Shown piece by piece: positions 17,823 to 26,968 of a stretch of 64,000 bases of DNA. Source of the DNA: an uncultured Chroococcidiopsis sp. (lineage in GTDB: Bacteria > Cyanobacteriota > Cyanobacteriia > Cyanobacteriales > Chroococcidiopsidaceae); NCBI GenBank assembly GCA_964248365.1, contig CAXTYC010000016.1, positions 1-64,000 of the forward strand, read 5' to 3'. The notes beneath the pieces are model-generated. The model did no database searches. It was not told where the DNA came from and saw nothing but the letters and a program-made list of their open reading frames with translations. Numbering within the stretch: the first letter of the stretch is position 1; each line of letters opens with the position of its first letter. The translations under genes were made by a program, and so were the position numbers.

Positions 17823-19385
17823 ATGACAACTGCCTCAAACTGGCACTGCCCTTGCGATCGCCAGGCGCGCCCGACGCTGACACTGGCAGAGGGGACAGTT
17901 GAGCGTGAAAGAGACGATCGCAATTTTTTCTACCAACAAAGCCCAGAAGATCAAGAACTGACGCTGACATCCGAGGATTACAGTCTGTTGACTGACCTTT
18001 ATCAGCTAACAATGAGTGCGTGTTATGTCGGCGAAGGTTTGGAGCAACGAAAGGCAAGCTTTGAGCTATTTGTGCGCCGCTTACCTGCTGGCTTTGGTTA
18101 TTTGATTGCTATGGGTTTGGCGCAGGCATTGGACTATTTAGAAAAGTTCAGATTTAGCGATCGCCAAATTGCGGCATTGCAGGCAACCGGAATTTTTCAG
18201 CAAGCACCAGATAAATTTTGGTCACTGCTAGCCTCGTCAAGATTTACAGGAGATGTTTGGGCAGTACCAGAAGGATGTGCAGTTTTTGCCAATGAGCCAC
18301 TATTGCGCATAGAAGCTCCACTTTGGCAGGCTCAGCTAGTCGAAACTTATCTGCTCAATACCCTGAACTATCAGACTTTGGTGGCGACACGGGCGGCGCG
18401 AATACGCGATGTGGCGGGAATACAAGCAACGCTGCTGGAATTTGGGACAAGACGGGCTTTTAGTCCGCAAGCATCTTTATGTGCCGCACGGGCGGCGCTG
18501 GCAGGAGGATTAGATGCCACTTCTAATGTATTAGCAGCTTTGCGGCTGGGTCAAAAGCCAAGTGGAACGATGGCTCATGCTTTGGTAATGGCGATCACTG
18601 CTACTTCTGGTAGTGAAACGAGTGCATTTACTGCCTTCAATCGCTATTTTCCTGGGGCATCTTTGTTGATCGATACCTACGATACAATCACGGCTGCTCA
18701 AAACTTGGCACAATTAGAGCGATTGGGAAAAATGGAAGTGGCTGGGGTGCGGATCGACTCTGGGGATTTAGTCGCTTTATCCCAGACTGTGCGATCGCTA
18801 CTTCCCAATGCATCAATCTTTGCTAGCGGCGATCTTGATGAGTGGGAAATTGCCAGATTGAAGGCAAATGGAGCTTGCATCGATGGCTATGGGCTAGGAA
18901 CCAAATTAGTAACAGGTTCGCCTGTGAATGGCGTATACAAATTAGTTGATCTTGATGGGATTCCAGTGATGAAGGAATCTAGCGGGAAGACGACTATTCC
19001 TGGGCGTAAGCAAATTTTTCGCTCTTTTGCTGATGGACGGGTGAAAGCAGACCGATTGGGATTGATTACGGAAAGTCCAATCGGTGAGCAACCGTTGTTG
19101 CAGCTAGTGGTGAAGCAGGGTGAAAGGGTGCAGCCGCCTCTTTCGTTGGCACAGATTCGAGAGCAAACTGCTGCTAGTGTTGCAAGTTTGCCAGATGAGT
19201 GTAGGAGGTTAGATGATCCTGTGTCTGTTGGGGTGGAGGTTTCGGAAGGGTTGCAGGAGTTGATGGAGAGAACGAGAAACGTAGACGCGCTAGCGGCTTC
19301 TCGAAGAGTACCGCATAGCCTGGGGTTTAAACCGCATAGCCTGGGGTTTAAACCCCAGGAAAGCAAAGGACGCGAAGAAGGATAA
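17823..19385 (+). CDS. pncB: Nicotinate phosphoribosyltransferase
   Basis: LLTDLYQLTM, EFGTRRA, GTMAH, LIDTYD, VRIDSGD, GVYKL motifs. Confidence 0.95.
   Translation: MTTASNWHCPCDRQARPTLTLAEGTVERERDDRNFFYQQSPEDQELTLTSEDYSLLTDLYQLTMSACYVGEGLEQRKASFELFVRRLPAGFGYLIAMGLAQALDYLEKFRFSDRQIAALQATGIFQQAPDKFWSLLASSRFTGDVWAVPEGCAVFANEPLLRIEAPLWQAQLVETYLLNTLNYQTLVATRAARIRDVAGIQATLLEFGTRRAFSPQASLCAARAALAGGLDATSNVLAALRLGQKPSGTMAHALVMAITATSGSETSAFTAFNRYFPGASLLIDTYDTITAAQNLAQLERLGKMEVAGVRIDSGDLVALSQTVRSLLPNASIFASGDLDEWEIARLKANGACIDGYGLGTKLVTGSPVNGVYKLVDLDGIPVMKESSGKTTIPGRKQIFRSFADGRVKADRLGLITESPIGEQPLLQLVVKQGERVQPPLSLAQIREQTAASVASLPDECRRLDDPVSVGVEVSEGLQELMERTRNVDALAASRRVPHSLGFKPHSLGFKPQESKGREEG
19340..19359. 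repeat. 20-bp perfect palindrome CCTGGGGTTTAAACCCCAGG (also 20704-20723 and 43676-43695; partial copy 19319-19333)
   Basis: Three identical full copies read directly. Confidence 0.9.
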
Positions 19386-19984
19386 TGAGGGTTGCTTTGT
19401 TTGGGACGAGTGCAGATCCGCCGACTGCTGGACATGAGGCTATTTTGTGTTGGCTGTCTGAGCGTTTTGATTGGGTGGCTGTTTGGGCGGCGGATAATCC
19501 TTTTAAGTCGCATCAGACTCCGCTTGAGCATCGGGCTGCGATGTTGCGGTTGTTGGTTGAGGAGGTTAAGCGGGGCAGGGGAAATGTTGGTTTTGAGCAA
19601 GAATTGAGTAGTTACAGGACGCTGGAGACTGTCCAGAAGGCTAGAAAGCGTTGGGGTGAGGAGGTGGAGTTGACTTTGGTGATTGGTTCGGATTTGATTG
19701 GACAGTTACCACGTTGGTATCAAGTTAAAGATTTGTTACAGCAAGTGCAACTGTTGGTTGTGCCTCGACCTGGGTATGGGATAGAAGAGGCTGGGCTAGA
19801 GGGTTTGAAGCAACTAGGGGGAAAGATTGCGATCGCTGATCTAACTGGGCTGGATGTTTCCTCTACAGCTTATCGTGAAAATAGAGATACTCAAGTTGTA
19901 ACACCTCTAATTGAGGCTTATATTCATCAAAAGCATTTGTACAAATGCCAGGACGTTCGCAAAGAAAAGTTACCGATACGATAA
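19385..19984 (+). CDS. nadD: Nicotinate-nucleotide adenylyltransferase
   Basis: ALFGTSADPPTAGH, NPFK, LVIGSDL, VSSTAYR; coupled to pncB. Confidence 0.9.
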   Translation: MRVALFGTSADPPTAGHEAILCWLSERFDWVAVWAADNPFKSHQTPLEHRAAMLRLLVEEVKRGRGNVGFEQELSSYRTLETVQKARKRWGEEVELTLVIGSDLIGQLPRWYQVKDLLQQVQLLVVPRPGYGIEEAGLEGLKQLGGKIAIADLTGLDVSSTAYRENRDTQVVTPLIEAYIHQKHLYKCQDVRKEKLPIR

Positions 19985-20691
19985 ATTCACAAAAGTTAGC
20001 TGATTTTAAGGTCGGGGTTGATAACGTCATTTTCTCGGTTGATACTTCCCAAAATCGGCTATTAGTTTTGTTAGTCATGCGACACCAAGAACCATTTTTA
20101 AATCAATGGAGTCTACCTGGGACTTTGGTGCGTGAAGGAGAGTCGCTAGAAGATGCGGCATACCGAATTTTGGCAGAGAAAATTCGGGTGAAAAATCTCT
20201 ATTTGGAGCAGTTATATACTTTTGGAGGTCCAAATCGAGATCCACGAGAAGCAATAGATTGTTTTGGGATGCGTTATCTATCAGTTAGTTATTTTGCTTT
20301 GGTCAGGTTTGAGGAGGCGGAATTAATTGCTGGTGGGGTAAGCGGAATTGCCTGGTATCCTGTTAAGCAAGTGCCACAATTAGCTTTCGATCATAATGAG
20401 ATTTTGGCTTATGGGCATCGGCGTTTACGCAATAAGTTGGAGTATAGCCCTGTTGCTTTTGAAGTATTACCAGAAATGTTTACTTTGAGCGATCTTTATC
20501 AGCTATATACAACTGTTTTGGGAGATAATTTTTCTGATTATTCTAATTTTAGAGCGCGACTTTTAAAGTTAGGTTTTTTAAGTGATACCAAAATTAAAGT
20601 TTCACGGGGGGCTGGTCGTCCTGCTAGTTTATATCGATTTGATGCAGATGCATTTGCTCCTTTTAAGGATAAGCCTTTAGTTTTTATTTAA
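19945..20691 (+). CDS. nrtR: Nudix-related transcriptional regulator NrtR
   Basis: Degenerate Nudix box (WSLPG..GESLEDAAYRIL), LEQLYTFG..RDPR, LAFDH, C-terminal wHTH (FTLSDL..NFR..GRPASLYRF). Confidence 0.9.
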   Translation: MPGRSQRKVTDTINSQKLADFKVGVDNVIFSVDTSQNRLLVLLVMRHQEPFLNQWSLPGTLVREGESLEDAAYRILAEKIRVKNLYLEQLYTFGGPNRDPREAIDCFGMRYLSVSYFALVRFEEAELIAGGVSGIAWYPVKQVPQLAFDHNEILAYGHRRLRNKLEYSPVAFEVLPEMFTLSDLYQLYTTVLGDNFSDYSNFRARLLKLGFLSDTKIKVSRGAGRPASLYRFDADAFAPFKDKPLVFI

Positions 20692-20744
20692 CGAACCGCA
20701 TAGCCTGGGGTTTAAACCCCAGGGAAGCAAAGAAAAGAAGGTAT

Positions 20745-21041
20745 ATGAAATCTCCAGATGAGTGTGCTGATATTCAAGAAATTCGAGTTGAAATTGATGC
20801 AATTGATCGGGAAGTTATTAGGGCTTTGAGTAAATGATTTGCATATGTTAAAGCAGCTAAGTTTAAAACAAGTGAAGCAAGTGTAAAGGCATCAGAAAGA
20901 TTTAATGCTATGTTGCATGAAAGGCGAATTTGGGCGGAAGAAGTAGGCTTAAATCCAGATGTAATTGAAAAGCTATATCGAGATTTGGTCAATTATTTTA
21001 TTAATGAAGAATTAAAGCATTGGGAATCTAAAGATTCATAA
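20745..21041 (+). pseudogene. Isochorismate pyruvate-lyase/chorismate mutase (PchB/AroQ-like) with internal TGA
   Basis: Manual translation MKSPDECADIQEIRVEIDAIDREVIRALSK*FAYVKAAKFKTSEASVKASERFNAMLHERRIWAEEVGLNPDVIEKLYRDLVNYFINEELKHWESKDS; stop at 20835-20837. Confidence 0.8.
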
Positions 21042-21081
21042 CCAATCAATTATCAATGAACAAGTTCGCAATGAATATCTT

Positions 21082-21165
21082 ACTTAGAGCTTGCATCTAT
21101 CCCATAGTCCGCCTGCTAATTAATTAGCAGGCTCTCAAGCCAAAGTCTTCTTAAGAAGACTAACA
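21082..21165. repeat. Double-palindrome dispersed repeat, copy 1 (copy 2 at 32454-32580)
   Basis: GCCTGCTAATTAATTAGCAGGC (21111-21132) and AGTCTTCTTAAGAAGACT (21144-21161), near-identical to copy 2. Confidence 0.85.
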
Positions 21166-21198
21166 CAGAAACATTAATTGATAATTGATAATTGATAA

Positions 21199-22434
21199 TT
21201 GAGCATGAGTTACCCTATTAAACCTATTAATTTATTTGAGTATGAGAAGCTGGCAAATTCCCAGTTGTCCCAGATGGCATGGGATGAGGTAACGCTGCGG
21301 GATAACCGTGCTGCTTTTGAGCGGTTTAAGCTTCGTCCCCGAATGCTGGTTGATGTGAGTCAACGCGATATTGCTACTAAAATTTTGGGTAAATCTCTCG
21401 CTGTGCCTATTTTAATTGCTCCGATGGCTTTTCAGTGCTTAGCTCATCGAGAAGGAGAAATTGCTACGGCTTCTTCAGCAGCTCTTTTAGGGATAGGGAT
21501 GGTGTTGAGTACACTGGCAACAAAAAGTATAGAGGAAGTCGCAGCTGTTAGGAAGCAAGGAGAGAATCACCCAACACAGTGGTTTCAATTATATATTCAT
21601 CGCGATCGCGGTTTAACGAGGGCTTTGGTAGAGCTAGCCTATGCTAACGGTGTAGACGCGCTTTGTCTAACTGTAGATGCTCCTATGCTGGGCAAGCGGG
21701 AGAAAAATACACGTAATCAATTCACTTTACCACCAGGAATGTCTCTTGCTAATTTAGCAATGTTGAAAGATTTGGAAATTCCCCACAAACAAGGCGAATC
21801 TGGTTTATTTGCCTATTTTGCCGAACAGCTCGATCCTGGTATCACTTGGGCTGATTTGGAGCGGAAAGTGGGGGTGTTTTTGGAGGCGGGGTTTAAGCGC
21901 CTCACCCCCAACTTTTCAAGACAATGGTTGCAATCTCTGTCGCCTCTACCTTTGGCTGTGAAAGGAATTTTACGCTCGGATGATGCGGTTCGGGCGGTAG
22001 AACATGGCGCGTCATCTGTGATTGTTTCTAATCATGGTGGCAGACAATTAGACGGTGCAATCGCTTCTATCGATGCTTTGAGTGAAGTGGTTGCAGCTGT
22101 GGGGGAAAAAGCAGAAGTTTTAGTAGATGGTGGTATCCGGCGAGGTACAGATATCCTCAAAGCCTTAGCGTTGGGAGCCTCAGCCGTCCTGGTAGGTCGT
22201 CCCATTCTGTGGGGATTAGCTGTCGGCGGAGCCGCCGGAGTACAGCACGTAATCGAAATATTGCAAGATGAACTAGGTTTGGCAATGGCATTAAGTGGCT
22301 GTGCCAAATTGCAAGATATTGACCGTAGTTTATTAGGGGCGCTTTTGCTAGGGGCTAGGGGCGCACGTGAGGACAAGGGGACAATTACCAATTACCAACT
22401 ACCAACTACCAATTACCAATTATTCTATATATGA
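21199..22434 (+). CDS. FMN-dependent alpha-hydroxy acid oxidase (lactate/glycolate oxidase family), possibly defective
   Basis: IAPMA, WFQLY, LTVDAP, VKGI, SNHGGRQLD, DGGIRRGTD, VGRP motifs; lacks the N-terminal DYYxSGA segment and carries a 21-aa insertion. Confidence 0.85.
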   Translation: MSMSYPIKPINLFEYEKLANSQLSQMAWDEVTLRDNRAAFERFKLRPRMLVDVSQRDIATKILGKSLAVPILIAPMAFQCLAHREGEIATASSAALLGIGMVLSTLATKSIEEVAAVRKQGENHPTQWFQLYIHRDRGLTRALVELAYANGVDALCLTVDAPMLGKREKNTRNQFTLPPGMSLANLAMLKDLEIPHKQGESGLFAYFAEQLDPGITWADLERKVGVFLEAGFKRLTPNFSRQWLQSLSPLPLAVKGILRSDDAVRAVEHGASSVIVSNHGGRQLDGAIASIDALSEVVAAVGEKAEVLVDGGIRRGTDILKALALGASAVLVGRPILWGLAVGGAAGVQHVIEILQDELGLAMALSGCAKLQDIDRSLLGALLLGARGAREDKGTITNYQLPTTNYQLFYI

Positions 22435-24335
22435 AAATTGCGATCGCTCAAATTAATCCAACCATTGGTGATTTAACTGGCAATGCCCAACAAATTCTAG
22501 CAGCGGCTAAAGTTGCACTGGGGCAAGGTGTACGTCTATTGTTAACACCGGAACTGTCTTTGTGTGGTTATCCGCCGCGAGATTTAGTGCTAGATCCTAG
22601 TTTTGTCCAGGCGATGGCTACCACTTTGCGACAATTAGCATCCGATTTGCCGCCCCAACTTACCGTTTTGGTAGGGTGTGTAGAACCGAATGAGCGATCG
22701 CACTATGAAGGTGGTAAGCCTTTATTTAACAGCATTGCCCAGTTAGAACAGGGCAAAATACAGCAAGTTTTTCACAAGCGCCTGTTACCGACTTACGACG
22801 TATTCGACGAATACCGCTACTTTGAACCTGGGTTAGAACCTAATTCTTTTGTGCTTCAGGAATCCTCACCCCTCAAAATTGGTGTAACAATTTGTGAAGA
22901 TTTATGGAATGACGATCAATTTTGGGGTAAGCGCAGTTATGCAATAAACCCGATTGAGGACTTAGCATCTGTAGGTGTTGATTTAATCGTGAATTTATCC
23001 GCTTCGCCCTACAGTGTGAGCAAGCATCGGGTCAGGGAGGCAATGCTACAACACGCTGCTGTTCGCTATCGCAAACCTATATTATATGCCAATCAGGTAG
23101 CAGCAAATGACGACCTGATTTTTGATGGTTGTAGTGTGGGTTTTAACTCTTCTGGTGAAATCGTGTGCCGCGCTCGTGCCTTTGAGACAGATTTATTGGT
23201 AGTAGAATTTGACTTGCCTTCACGGGATCTGCAACATGGGGCAATAGCACCAATGCCAGCAACCAAAGATGAGGAAATCTGGAATGCCCTTGTACTGGGT
23301 GTGCGGGACTATACCCGTAAGTGTGGCTTTGATAAAGCTGTCCTTGGTTTAAGTGGGGGAGTTGATTCGGCATTGGTAGCAGCGATCGCAACTGCCGCAT
23401 TAGGGAAAGAAAATGTATTGGGTGTTCTCATGCCTTCGCCCTACAGTTCCGATCACTCGATTGAGGATGCCTTAGTCTTAGCTCAAAATCTTGGTATTCA
23501 AACTCACACTATCCCTATTGGGGAGTTAATGCAAGGCTACGATAAAACTTTAGCTCCTTTGTTTGCTGGCACTCCTTTTGGACTAGCAGAGGAGAATATT
23601 CAATCGAGAATTCGTGGTAATTTATTAATGGCGATCGCTAATAAATTTGGCTATCTCCTCCTCTCCACTGGCAATAAATCCGAAATGGCAGTCGGCTACT
23701 GCACCCTCTACGGTGATATGAATGGCGGATTAGCTGTAATTGCCGATGTTCCCAAAACGAGAGTTTATTCGCTGTGTCGTTGGCTCAATTCTCAGGGGGG
23801 ATCGAGCAGAGGCGATCGAGCAGAGGCGAGAGGCGACGATCCTCAACCTTCAACCTACCCCTGCGGGGAAGCAAGCTACAACCTACCCCTACCCTTCGGG
23901 AAGGCGTTCCGCCAACGGGGAAGCAAGCTACAACCTTCATTTTTCCCTATCATCCCAACAAATGTCCTAACCAAACCACCCAGCGCTGAGCTTAAACCAG
24001 GTCAGGTAGATCAAGACTCGCTGCCATCCTATGATATTCTGGATGATATCTTGCAGCGCTTGATTCAAAACCACCAATCTGCCGCCCAAATTGTTGCAGC
24101 AGGTCACGATCCAAAAGTTGTAGATCGAGTGATGCAACTAGTTGCCCGTGCCGAATTCAAACGGCGACAAGCTCCCCCTGTATTGAAAGTTACTGACCGC
24201 GCCTTTGGTACTGGGTGGCGAATGCCCATAGCTAATAAATGGGTTTCTGTCAGTACTTACCAAAGTGCAACTATTCCTGCATCTCCCAATCAGCTTTTTT
24301 CAACCTCTGCTGATAGCGAGGCTAAAACGACTTAA
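22431..24335 (+). CDS. nadE: Glutamine-dependent NAD+ synthetase
   Basis: Nitrilase domain (PEL, K, TICEDLW) plus synthetase domain (GLSGGVDSA, ENIQSRIRG, STGNKSE, KPPSAEL, EFKRRQAP). Confidence 0.96.
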   Translation: MKIAIAQINPTIGDLTGNAQQILAAAKVALGQGVRLLLTPELSLCGYPPRDLVLDPSFVQAMATTLRQLASDLPPQLTVLVGCVEPNERSHYEGGKPLFNSIAQLEQGKIQQVFHKRLLPTYDVFDEYRYFEPGLEPNSFVLQESSPLKIGVTICEDLWNDDQFWGKRSYAINPIEDLASVGVDLIVNLSASPYSVSKHRVREAMLQHAAVRYRKPILYANQVAANDDLIFDGCSVGFNSSGEIVCRARAFETDLLVVEFDLPSRDLQHGAIAPMPATKDEEIWNALVLGVRDYTRKCGFDKAVLGLSGGVDSALVAAIATAALGKENVLGVLMPSPYSSDHSIEDALVLAQNLGIQTHTIPIGELMQGYDKTLAPLFAGTPFGLAEENIQSRIRGNLLMAIANKFGYLLLSTGNKSEMAVGYCTLYGDMNGGLAVIADVPKTRVYSLCRWLNSQGGSSRGDRAEARGDDPQPSTYPCGEASYNLPLPFGKAFRQRGSKLQPSFFPIIPTNVLTKPPSAELKPGQVDQDSLPSYDILDDILQRLIQNHQSAAQIVAAGHDPKVVDRVMQLVARAEFKRRQAPPVLKVTDRAFGTGWRMPIANKWVSVSTYQSATIPASPNQLFSTSADSEAKTT

Positions 24336-24378
24336 TTGATACTTCAATAGCGTAGAGACGATCGCCCAATGGCTCTAG

Positions 24379-25671
24379 TTACTTTCGCTCTAAAACAGCC
24401 GTTTCAACGGTTGTGGGATTGCGCTTGAGCATAAACACGGCAATAATAATGCCAACAATTGCTAAGCCTGCGGTGGGATAGAAAGCATAGGTATAGCTGC
24501 CAAAAATGTCTCGGATTCTACCAGCCACCAAAGTACCTAGTAATGCTCCCACTCCGTAGGCAGTGAAGACAATGCCGTAATTTTTGGCGTAGTTTTCGGG
24601 ATTAAACAAAGTTAACGTGGCTGTCGGCGCGATCGCTAACCAACCTCCTAGAGAAAGCCAGAATAGGGAAAAAGCTACCAGGTAGGTTATGGTATCACCG
24701 GAACCTACGTTGAGCATTAGGATCGAACCAATCAAAATTAGCACGTAAGACACTATTGCAGCCATCTTGGGCTTAATTTTGTCTGTCAGCCAACCGAACA
24801 AAGGACGACCTACACCATTAAATACAGCAAACAACGAGACAGACATTGCTGCCGTTGTTGAGTCGAGTTTAATAATTTCCTGAGCTACAGGGCTAGCAAT
24901 TCCAATTGCCGACAGTCCTACAAAAGTCCCAATTATGTAGCACAGCCAAAGCCCGTAAAACGTAGGTGTTTGGAGCATTTGGGCATTGCTCGGATGTGTA
25001 ACACGGGTTGCATTTGCCCGATTTCCAGTTGTTAGCTGCCATCCTAGCGGAGGTGTCCTCAAGAACGTGGATAAGACAACAATGATCGCAATAAAGGCAA
25101 TGCCCAAGATCAAAAAGGTTTGCCTCACGCCATAGCTATCGATCAGATGCTTGGCTAGGGGTGCAGTAATTAACGGTGACAAACCAAATCCAAGGACTGT
25201 CAAACCCACACCTAAGCCCTTCTTGTCAGGAAACCATTTAGCTGTGACAGCGATCGGTACACCATAGGTAATCCCAACGCCTGCACCTGCAATTATACCA
25301 TAGGTAACAACTAGCATCGGGATGCCCGCAGCCCAACATGACAGAATATATCCCAGTCCGGTTACTATTCCACCAATAGCTATAATGCGACGGGAACCAA
25401 ACTTATCAATAAAAAAGCCCGTAATTGGCATTAATACAGCAAAAACTGCCAAAAGTACTGTAAAAGGTAACAAACTTTCAGTTGCTCCCACATTTAGCAA
25501 CTTTTCTAAAGGTTTTCTAAAAATACTCCAAGAATAAACAGTACCCAGACAAAGCATTATGATCGCGCCCAAGGGAATGAGCAACCACCTACCCCAAGGA
25601 GCGGGCAGACCAAAAAGTTTTAGATCATTCATAAACTTGACTCTTCTGCTTTTATTTAATAATAAAAACAA
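24379..25671 (-). CDS. OFA family (oxalate/formate antiporter or lactate) MFS transporter
   Basis: GTVYSWSIF, KWFPDKKGL, FNGVGRPLFGWLTD, NYGIVFTAYG; about 12 TM helices. Confidence 0.88.
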   Translation of the reverse strand: MFLLLNKSRRVKFMNDLKLFGLPAPWGRWLLIPLGAIIMLCLGTVYSWSIFRKPLEKLLNVGATESLLPFTVLLAVFAVLMPITGFFIDKFGSRRIIAIGGIVTGLGYILSCWAAGIPMLVVTYGIIAGAGVGITYGVPIAVTAKWFPDKKGLGVGLTVLGFGLSPLITAPLAKHLIDSYGVRQTFLILGIAFIAIIVVLSTFLRTPPLGWQLTTGNRANATRVTHPSNAQMLQTPTFYGLWLCYIIGTFVGLSAIGIASPVAQEIIKLDSTTAAMSVSLFAVFNGVGRPLFGWLTDKIKPKMAAIVSYVLILIGSILMLNVGSGDTITYLVAFSLFWLSLGGWLAIAPTATLTLFNPENYAKNYGIVFTAYGVGALLGTLVAGRIRDIFGSYTYAFYPTAGLAIVGIIIAVFMLKRNPTTVETAVLERK

Positions 25672-26002
25672 CTTGTAGCAGAAAAATTATCCTAAATGAC
25701 ATTTAACCCACAAATGAGACCTCTTGCAAAAGTTGCTTTTGCAAGAGGTAGGGCGCGGTAGTGATTGGGGGAACTCGCTCTTCACTCGCGTTGTGGGGAT
25801 TAGGGGGAGAGGGAAAAGGTAAATTTCTACCCTTTCCCCTTTTCCCTTTAACCTTTTCCCGACGAGGCAAGAAGTCTATGGTATTGCTTGCTCTCACCCA
25901 AAGCAGTATAAAAAAAACCTCTAAAACCTACCAGTGTGTAGAGGGACAGCAATGCTACTTTAAGTAAAAATTAACTTAGTTTATAGCAACAATTAACAAT
26001 TC

Positions 26003-26854
26003 ATGACCGCTGCTGTTGTGCTGCAAAACGTCTACAAGCAATACAACAAACTTCCTGTTGTCAAAGATCTTTCTTTCACGATTGAGCCTGGGGAAATATT
26101 TGGTTTACTAGGACCCAATGGCGCTGGCAAATCGACCACAATTCGGATGTTGACGACGCTAACGAAACCGTCACAAGGTCGAATTGAAGTAGCTGGCTTT
26201 GATGTCGTGCGTCAACCGCTGCTAGCAAAGCAGTATATCGGAGTCGTTTTGCAGCAAATCAGTGTCGATGGCGATTTATCAGTTTGGGAAAATATGGAAC
26301 TACATGGGCGGTTGCATCACCTACGTAACCCCCAGCGACAGCAAATGATTAATCAGTGGCTGGAATATGTAGAGCTAGCCTCACGCCGCAATGATCTAGT
26401 AAAAACCTTGTCTGGGGGAATGAAACGGCGCTTGCAGATTGCCAGAGCGTTATTACATCAACCAAAAATTCTGTTTTTAGATGAGCCAACAGTCGGATTA
26501 GATCCCCAAACTAGGCGACGTTTGTGGGAAATAATTCTGGATTTAAATAAAGCTGGCATGACAATGCTGCTGACGACGCATTATATGGAGGAAGTGGAAT
26601 ATCTGTGCGATCGCATTGGCATCATGGATAGTGGCAAGCTAATAACTCTTGGAACGTTGCAACAACTGCGCTCTGCTTATGGCGAAGGCTTGGCGATGAA
26701 GCAAGCAGGCGACAGATGGGAATATCTGTTTTTCCCCACTCTGGAACAAGCAAATGCTTACCTCAACCAGCAAACAGATAAAACAGGCATCATGGTACGC
26801 CCCTCTAACCTAGAAGATATTTTTGTCGAACTAACCGGACGACAACTAGATTGA
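26003..26854 (+). CDS. ABC transporter ATP-binding protein (ABC-2/NodI-like)
   Basis: GPNGAGKST, LSGGMKRR, FLDEPT, TTHYMEE. Confidence 0.92.
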   Translation: MTAAVVLQNVYKQYNKLPVVKDLSFTIEPGEIFGLLGPNGAGKSTTIRMLTTLTKPSQGRIEVAGFDVVRQPLLAKQYIGVVLQQISVDGDLSVWENMELHGRLHHLRNPQRQQMINQWLEYVELASRRNDLVKTLSGGMKRRLQIARALLHQPKILFLDEPTVGLDPQTRRRLWEIILDLNKAGMTMLLTTHYMEEVEYLCDRIGIMDSGKLITLGTLQQLRSAYGEGLAMKQAGDRWEYLFFPTLEQANAYLNQQTDKTGIMVRPSNLEDIFVELTGRQLD

Positions 26855-26968
26855 GTAGTCAGAAGTCAGGATAATTCGTAATTCGTAAGCGCGTAATTCG
26901 TAATTGATGATTCTCCCTTTTGCTCCCTTTTGCTCCCTTTTGCTCCCCTTTGCTCTCTTCTTTGCCCC

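Noticed and set aside
20835..20837. TGA as selenocysteine or programmed readthrough
   Set aside because: The aligned residue is Arg, not Cys, and no SECIS-like hairpin follows; a nonsense mutation is simpler.
20774..20992. 72-aa minus-strand ORF
   Set aside because: Shadow of the plus-strand PchB-like pseudogene.
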